DNA from: Ginglymostoma cirratum
Taxonomy: Eukaryota
NCBI GenBank assembly: GCA_024137785.1
Contig: JAHRHZ010000002.1
Location: 9,914,694 to 9,957,357 of the forward strand
Direction of reading: 5' to 3'
DNA: 42,664 nt
Numbering within the stretch: the first letter of the stretch is position 1; the number at the start of each line of letters is the position of its first letter. Below are positions 24,201 to 33,200 of the stretch, piece by piece. A model generated the notes under the pieces. That model was not told the origin of the DNA, did no database searches, and saw nothing but the letters and a program-made list of their open reading frames with translations. The translations under genes and the position numbers were made by a program.

Positions 24201-27200
24201 TTGCAACTACCTGCCAATTTATGAACTGTTCTTGTTCACCAGAATCACTGACTGATCAGATATAGCAGACTCGACCAGATTGTCTGCTGCAAAATTCCTC
24301 TCCTTGGGGTTTTGGATTGCCTGTCTCCTATCACAAAGGCTTGTCTAAAGCTCATCTCTGCCTTTTCATAGAATATCTGGAAATTTCTCTCATTCCTGGG
24401 ACTGTCTGGGATTCCTGTCTCTTCTTGAGAATGTCTGGTGCTGCCATCCATAATAAAAATGGGAATTTAATTCTAAAACTCTGTTTAAATAAAACAATAT
24501 TCATGGTCATGGGAGAAGAGACAGTTTGGTGCTGAGTGAAGCTGTAGGGTCCAGAAAAGCTCCAATCCTGGTTGTGACAGCACATTTGTTTCCCCCGTCA
24601 CCACCAGCTGTTTTAGTCTCACCAGGACGGGATTCTTCTGTGCCCACAGTCTGATATTGTCAGCAGGGACTGGAAGGGTGTCCAGAAAGTTTACAACCAG
24701 AATGGACTCTTCCAGGGGAGGCACCACCACTGGGGTATCTATCAGTGGGAGGCAGCTCAACGCTTCTGCACCACATTAAACCGATATTCCTGGTCCTGGG
24801 GTGAGAGTGGAATGGCAGCAGGAATGCCAATGCCGGCCACATGCCTCCTCAGAGCGAGAGACACAGTTTACTTAAGGCACGTACTGTTTTCTCTCATTGC
24901 CACTGAAATAACTGCAGGTATCTGTTCACCGAGTCACCCTTTATTTACCTGTGCACAGTATATGGGCTCTGACTAGCCAACTCAAAGCCTGTCCTTTGAC
25001 TGAGGAGACCTTCTGAATCCCCTGTTACAATTCTGTTTCTTTTTTCTGACCACCCTCATCAGCTGTTTTTGTTTAAATTTATGTAATTACAGTGAAGGGG
25101 TAGCAGGAACTGCAGATGCTGGAGAATCTGAGATAACAAGGTGTAGAGCTGGATGAACACAGCAGGCCATGCAGCATCAGAGGAGCAGGAAGGCTGAAGT
25201 TTTGGGCCTCGACCCTTCTTCAGAAGGTTTCTGAAGATGGTCTAGGCTTGAAACGTCAGCCTTCCTGCTCCTCTGATGCTGCTTGGCCTGCTGTGTTCAT
25301 CCAGCTCTACACCTTGTTATCTCTAATTACAGTAAAGCTGTTCACAACGATTAGGAGTTGAAGTCTCAATTCTTGTTTGTCTTTGATTCCAACCAGACTC
25401 CACAGGATTAAGGAGATTTTGTAACCGGCTCTTAAAGATTGATGGGTATAATAATACATCAAAGGGTGAAGGCAACAGCTGAATCTCCGGTTTACATCTG
25501 TCAGCCAGGGCTCCCTCATTAGCCCAGGTTACCCAAATCAGCAAATTCATATTCTATGAGGAACAAAAACAGAAGTTTCTGGAAAAGCTCAGCAGGTCTG
25601 GTAGCATCTGTGAAGAATAAATCAGAGTTAATGTTTCGGGTCCAGTGACCCCTATTCAGAACGTCCTCACTGGACCCCAAACCTTAACTCTGATTTATTC
25701 TTCACAGATGCTGCCAGACTTGCTGAGCTTTTCCAGCAACTTCAGTTTTTGATCCTGATCAGCATCCGCAATTCATTCGGTTTTTACTTCATATTCTATG
25801 AGATCCACCTGGCCCTGATTCCAATCACTATAGAATTGAAAGGATACGGCATGTTCTGTCACACTAATGTCAGATGATATACCATATACCTTAATCCTGC
25901 AGTGTTCTTGGATCTTTAAGATGCTGGAGTAGCAATGTACTCCAGGACACACTGGAAGATGTCCCACCATAGCACCCCTGGATTCACTGTCTTTATGACT
26001 GTTCTCCAGCAATGGTGTGAGCACTGTGACACACTGATAGTCAATATTTTCCCTCTCTCTATCCTGGGATGTCCTGGTGAAGCAGCTTAGCACTGACCCT
26101 CCCTCCTCTGATCCTGGTCTGAGTCTGGTTCCTGTCTAACAGTAAGAAACAGCCTTACCATATATCACCTTCTCCTCCAGACCACTGTGCTCCACGTAAC
26201 AGGAATACTCGGCCTGATCCTCCGGATCAAATTCTATCCATTTCCGGATCTGATAGGTCCTGTCGTGATTGGGTAAGATCCCGGTGGACAGGGTCTCATC
26301 AATCACCACTCCATCCCGCCACAGAGTCACCTCGATGGCTTGGGGGTAAAACCCAGTGACGAGACAGGACAGCTGGTTAGTATCACCCAGATGGGTAAAG
26401 GACACAGTGGGGGCAACTGAGGGAGAGAGGAACAGGAGTCAGTGCACGAACATCGAGACAAAAAGGAACCTTGAGGTACAGAGTCCCAGGCACCACATCC
26501 TTCACTGACTCTCAAACCACCCATACTCACTGCCTCTCACTTCCCCGCATCCCATCTTATTCTTCCCCAACTCATACTCCGATTCTCACTGAGTCTCATT
26601 CCCCCTCACTCAACAACTCTCACTCAAACACTCCGCCCCCAACCCCCTCAACTCACCGACTCTCAGTTCCCTCTGTCCGTAATCCAGGTATTTCCTCAGC
26701 CACTGGACACATTCGTCCTCCAGGAAATACTTCCATTCCTGCTTCCGCGTATACTGGTCCCACCTGTTTTTGATGCTTTCCGCCCAGGGCACCGGTGTCA
26801 CCCACACCATGTGATCCTTATCGAAGCTGATTAAATCTTGTCCGTCCCATCCAAATTGATTGAACCCCTCCACAGCCCCATCATTCCTCAGGTCACAGCC
26901 AACCACCATCTGGTATGTGTGGATCCCTGTCGATCACAAACACAAGCTTCCACTTAGAAACAGTCATCCCTGTCAATCAGTCTCAGTCTCAGGGTGAGAA
27001 CCCGACCATCAGACTCACCCACAGCCAGCCTCTGGATTCCAGATCCAGATCTGCACCTGGCTCCTCCCCATTCCCACCCAGACTCCCTGAAAGCAGAGGA
27101 AGGTGTCATGCTGAAGTAAAGTGAGCACTCACCCAATGTCTGGTTGGTCCGTGACATAAGTATTGGAACATAGTCCTTAAAATGGTCCTCCATCTCCTGA

Positions 27201-30200
27201 GCGAGGGATAGTTTCCGCTTCCAGAACTGAGCCCCCTCAGTGTCCACCATCCACTGTTCCCGGGGGATCAACACCTTCCGATCGCTGTCGTACATGACAA
27301 ACTGGACCCCGTCCACATAACCAACAATCACAAACTCTGGGAGACCAGGAACTGATGACATACCAGTGTGGAAATACCGGACAGAGTGAGTGGCTGAAAC
27401 ACACAGAAAAGTCAGGACATGAATCCCTAAGCACCAATCACAAAATTCCAACTGAATGCTATCGCTTTACACGCTACGCCTGTGATTACAATGCTCAGGA
27501 TCCCATCCTTCTTCTTCACCACTTTCAGGCTTGGATGCACATACCCACTCATTTTGCCATTCATTGGTAATACCAACCCACCCCTACATCCTGGGTGTTA
27601 CCACTGACCAGAAACTGAACTGGATTAGCCAAATAAAAGCTCTGTGCTCCTGTTGGCTGTTTGCATCAGGAGACCTTTTGGTTATTTAATCTCCCCTCCC
27701 TTCACCCTACCACAGATCTTCTCCTTTGATCTTCACGTCTCCTCCTCCCTCCATCGTCTTAAATGCCCTTACACCTCAGTTTCCCTTCAGCATTGATGAA
27801 ATATTTCTCCCCACGATGCTGCCTGATCTGCTCAACATATCCAGCTATTTTGTTGTGGTCTCTTTTCCCACGTTATCCAATCTTGTCTGCTGCTAGACCC
27901 GAACTGAATTCAGAAAATAAACTCAAAACAAACAATCTCATTCAGCTCCACCATCTTCATAGCAATGTCACACATAACTGAACAGCCAAAAAGTGTTTAT
28001 ATTTTTTATTCACGGGATGTGGGCATCATTGTATACGGTGGCATTTTCTCCCATCCTCAACTGTCTGAGAATGTGGTGGTGAGACACCATTTTGAACCAC
28101 TTCGGTCTGTGTGGTGTAGTTACAAACACAGTGCTGGTCCCAGCTAAAAATGTCAATTAATTGCCTTTAATTCCAAAGCTTTTCTTAATTCTGGGAAACC
28201 ACTCGAATAATGTAAATCTTTTACTGGAATGTTTGCAAACATTTTATTCCAGTTTTGACGGTAATCAGACCCACCCACTGGTTTATGCTCTTTCTACTTC
28301 TCAAGTCACCATGGTGCAAAATTTTCAGCGTAGGTACCTAAAATGAGTCGGTTAGATTCTCGACTGGCTGAAATTTTGAAGTGCTCACTGCCTGTACACT
28401 ATGTAGTGCAAATGTTACCTGCTGCATACGCACCCCAGCCTGAAAGTGGTGAAAGAGGTGGATGGGATCCTGGGCTTTCTAAACACAGGTGTTTCCAAAT
28501 AGGTTTGAACTGAATTTCCATCAGAGTTATAATCTCCGTTTTCTCAGAAGAAAATTTTCAACCCTCGATTAAAGCCTCCGCAGAAGCATATGAAGCCTCA
28601 ACGTCAATAAGACACAAATCCTGTACCAAGCTGTTTGAGATGAACTTCTAATCTATGCCTCCATTAAGATCAATGGATGAATCCTCCCAAATGTGGAACA
28701 TTTCCCCACCTGGGAAGCTACATTTCATCTAAGAATGATATTAGTGCCGCGATTTAACATCACATCCAATCTGTGAGCGCCGCCTTCTGATTCCTGAGGT
28801 TGGAAGACTTCAATGACCATGATATCTGTGCTGAAGCCAAGATCCTTTTATAAAAAGCAATCATCCATCCAACTCTCTCCCATCACTCCGAAACTTGGAC
28901 TATATACAGATTCCATCTCAAGACCCTTGAGAAGCTCTATCAACATAGGATGGATAGAAAGGGGGCAAGAGAGAAGGGGGAGTGGCATTTTGATTAGGAA
29001 TAATAATATGGTCATACTTAGGGAGGATATTCCTGATATTCCAGGCCATTGTGTTAAGGGCTTAGATGGAGAGAAATTTATTGAATGTGTACAAGAAAAT
29101 TTTCTGATTCAGTATGTGGACGTACCTACTACAGAAGGAGCAAAAACTTGACCTACTCTTGGGAAATAAGGCACGGCAGAGGACTAAGATGTCAGTGGGG
29201 GAGCACTTTGGGACCAGTGATCAGAATTCTGTTGGCCTTAAAATAGTGATGGAACAGGACAGAACGAATTTAAAAGTTAAATTTCTAAATTGCAGGAAGG
29301 CTGATTTTGATGGTATTAGGCAAGAGTTTACAAAAGTTGATTTCGGGTGGATGTTTGCAGGTAAAGGGATGGCTGGAAAATGGGAAGCCGTCAAAATGAG
29401 ACAATGAGAGTCCAGAAACAGTTTGTTTTTGTTAGGGCAAAGTGCAAGGTTGGTAGGTGTAGGGAATGCTGGATGAATAGAGAAATTGTGTTCTTGGTCA
29501 GGAAAAAGAAAGGAGCATAAGTCAGGTATAGACAGCAGGGATCGAGTGAATCCCTACAGGAGTATAAAGGCAATAGGAGGATACTTAAGAAATCAGGAGG
29601 GCAAAACGAGAACATGAGACGGCTTTGGCAAATACGGTGAAGCAGAATCCAAAGAGATTCTACAAGTACAGTAAGGACTACAGGGTAACTAGGGAGAAAA
29701 TACGGCCCCTTAAGTATCAGCAAGGCCACCTACATGTGGAGCTGCAGGAGATGGGGGAGCTACTAAACAAGTATTTTGCATCGGTATTTACTGTGGAGAA
29801 GGATATGGAAGATATAGAACATGGAACATAAATAGCGACATCTTGAAAAATGTCCATATTACAGGGGAGGTGGTGCTGTGTGTCATAAAATGCATAAAGT
29901 TGGATTTATCCCCCGGACCTGATCAGGCATAGCCTAGAACTTTGTGAGAAGCGAGGGAAGTGATTACTGGGCCTGTTGCTGAGATATGTGTATCATGGAT
30001 AGCAATAGGTAAAGTGCCAGAAGATTGGAGGTTGGCTAACGTGGTGTCACTACTTAAGAAAGGTGGTAAGGAAAAGCCAGGAAACTATAGACTGGTGAGC
30101 CTGACGTCGGTGGTGGGAAAGTTGTTTGGAAGGAAGCCTGAGGGACAGGATTTATATGTATTTGGAAAGGCAAGGAATTTATAGGGATAGTCAACATGGC

Positions 30201-33200
30201 TTTGTGTGTGGGAAATCATGTCTGACTAACCGGAGTTTTTTGAAGAAGTAATTAAGAGGATTGATGAGGGCAGAGCGGTGGACATGATTTATATGGACTT
30301 CAGTAAGGCGTTTGACAAGGTTTGTCATGGTAAACTGGTTAGCAAGGTTAGATCACATGGAATACATGGACAACTAGCCATTTGGATACAGAACTGGCTT
30401 GAAAGTAGTGGTGGAGGGTTGCTTTTCAGATTAGAGGCCGGTAACCAGTGGTGTGCTACAAGGATCAGTGCTGGGTCCACTGTTTTTTTGTCATTTATAT
30501 AAACGATTCAATGTGAACGTAGGAGGTATGAATAGTAAGCTTGCAGATGACACCAAAATTGGAGATGTAGTGGACAGCGAAGAACGTTACCTCAGACTAC
30601 AATGGGACCTTGATCAGATGGGCCGATGGGCCAAGGAGTGGCAAATGGAGTTTGATCTAGATAAGTGTGAGATGCTACAGTCTGGTCAGACAAATCAGGG
30701 CAGGACTTATACAATTAATGGTAAGGTTGAGGGGAGTGTTGCTGTATGAGATCTTGGAGTGCAAGTTTGTAGTAACTTGAAATTGGAGTCGCAGGCAGAT
30801 AGGATAGTGAAGAAGACATTTTGTACGCTTGCCTTTATTGGTCAGTGCATTGAGTATAGGAGTTGGGAGGTCGTGTTGCATCTGTACAGGATATAGATTA
30901 GGCAACAGTTGGAATACTGTGTGTAATTCTGGTCTCCCCACTTTAGAAAGGATGTTGTGAAACTTGAAAGGGTTCAGAAAAGATTGACAAGGATGTTGCC
31001 AGAGTTGGAGGGTTTGAGCTATATGGGGAGGCCGAGTATACCGGAGCTATTTTCCTTGGACCGTCAGAGGATGAGGTGCGACTTTATAGAGGTTTATAAA
31101 ATCATGAGGTGCATGGATAGGTTAAATAGACAAGGTCTAATCCCTGGGGTGGGCGAGTCCAAAACTAGAGGGCGAAGGTTAAAGATGAGTTCCAACTGCC
31201 AACGCAAATCACCATCACGCAACTCAAGGATGGCACTCAAAATGAGAGGAGGACAAAGTATGCGTTTCAAAGATTCCCTCAGGGCTTCATTCAAGAAATG
31301 CATCATGAATACCAGTCCACGTGAGACCTTCATTCAGAAGAATATGATTTTGGAGGAAATTCCTGTTTGAAGGCTTACAATTCTTTGAGAACACCTGCTG
31401 GCAAGTGGAAGTATGGAAAAGGAACCAGGAAAGAAATACCAACAATTTCAAGGCCAAAGGACCAATTCCACCTCCCAAAAACACCCGCCAAATGGTTTTT
31501 CGGAGGTGGAACTTGAGGATTGGGATCATCAGCCACATAAGGACCCACAGAACCCATGACCGGTGCCATGGAGTGTCCTAGATGGACAATCATACTCATT
31601 ACTGAGGGGACACCAACGACATCCGGATTGCTTTTACAAGCTTCATACCAGAGAACCCAATTTCTGACAGATATAACTTAAATTCCTAAACATATTCCAA
31701 AAACAATGAATGATGAACCAGATTTTCCCCAAGATACAAAAGGAACAAGTTCAAGGGGATAAATACTGTCTTCCAATTCCTATGGCCTTTCTCTCATTCA
31801 TTCAAGGGATGAGGGTTAGGTCAGCCCTTATTGTCCATCTTTAATTGTGCAGAGGGCAGTTGCCATTCCAGTGAGTCTGGAGTCACAGGTAGGTATGACC
31901 AGGAATAGACAGCAGACTTCCTTCCCTAAAAGAACATTACTGAACTAGACAGATATTTATGACATTTTTCTTCTACATTCTTCACTCCTAACTTCCTGTC
32001 CCCACTCTCCAATTAAATATCATTGTCTTTCTATTCCACCACATTCCCCTGATCTCAGTCTGACACTCCTCCATTAATCACCATTACACACTTACTGCAG
32101 GTTACAGTCCAGCACATCTCTGACTCTCAACTGCAGACACTCAACCAGTAATATAGTTCAGTCATCATTCTAGATTGCTCCAAAAAGCAACAAGACAACA
32201 GTTTGTCAGAATTCATTTCCAATAACGCATTCTTTCTCTCTCAGCGAGTTGTGACCCTTACTGACACTGTCCCCGTAGGTCTGTGAGCTGTATCCCATAC
32301 TGACACTGACACTGTCCCCGTCAGTCTGTGAGCTGTATCCCATACTGGCACTGACACTGTCCCCGTCAGTCTGTGAGCTGTGTCCCGTACTGACACTGTC
32401 CCCNNNNNNNNNNCTGTCCCCGTCAGTCTGTGAGCTGTGTCCCGTACTGACACTGTCCCCTTCGGTCTGTGAGCTGTGTCCCGTACTGACGCTGTCCCCG
32501 TCAGTCTGTGAGCTGTGTCCCGTACGGACACTGTCCCCGTCAGTCTGTGAGCTGTGTCCCGTATGGACGCTGTCCCCGTCAGTCTGTGAGCTGTGTCCCG
32601 TACGGACGCTGTCCCCGTCAGTCTGTGAGCTGTGTCCCGTACGGACACTGTCCCCGTCAGTCTGTGAGCTGTGTCCTGTCCTGACAATGACCCTTCAGTT
32701 TATTTTTTAGAACTGTGGCATGAACACTTTCGTAAACAACTTCCTCCTCATGTGTTGTAAAGCTATCAGCCTTTCTCTAGAGAGAGCTTCCACTGCTGTC
32801 TGTAGCTTTCCTGCAAACATCTTACCTCAGAGGTGAATCTCAGAAGGCAGAGTTAGAATCTCTGTCACCAGACAGGTATTATTGTTGACTCTTTCGCATC
32901 TAATGGTTTATGGTCCATCTGTCTGAGCACTTAGGCCCAAGATATTAATTCGATAATGAGGTAACTTAATTGATGAGTTTATCCGCTCATAGATTCAGAG
33001 CTGTTCCCTCCAGCCAATCCCTTCTAATGTCAGCATGTTGGGTGAATATTAATACTGCCCTCAGCGATAATCATTGCAGAATTGAACATCTTCTGTAACA
33101 CAAGGGAGAAGACGAATGAAATGCTCTCCACTTGTCTGGATAAGCATAGTTCCAACACACTGAAGAAGCACAACACCATCTAGCACACAGCAACCCACCA

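Larger units (their letters stand above)
24240..25832 (-). mobile_element. Fragmented Gypsy element of the same family as 1-1615 (pol piece about 24530-24770; LTR pieces about 24920-25030 and 25480-25832)
   Basis: WAQKNPVLVRLKQLVVTGET matches the frame at 1-60. GCCAGGTGGA..AATATGA..GGGAGCCCTGGCTGACAGAT matches the LTR at 1500-1600. Confidence 0.75.

Noticed and set aside
27133-27393. MR1-like metabolite presentation
   Set aside because: The position equivalent to MR1 K43 (two residues before the PR motif) is Leu here; the nearby Lys is offset by two residues.
26954-27451. ORF-track N- and C-terminal extensions of the alpha1, alpha2 and alpha3 ORFs
   Set aside because: They are intronic read-through beyond clear AG/GT splice sites.
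32255-32682. CRISPR-like array
   Set aside because: The repeats are contiguous with no unique spacers, the context is eukaryotic, and there are no cas genes.
32241-32687. 148-aa ORF of RDTAHRLTGTVSV repeats
   Set aside because: It is a translation of the 39-bp (13-codon) minisatellite, runs through an N gap, and has no splice or homology support.
32821-32900. Strong donor (GAG|gtaaga) as an alternative leader exon for gene A
   Set aside because: There is no ATG-initiated open hydrophobic frame, and the phase-1 frame has TGA just before the donor.
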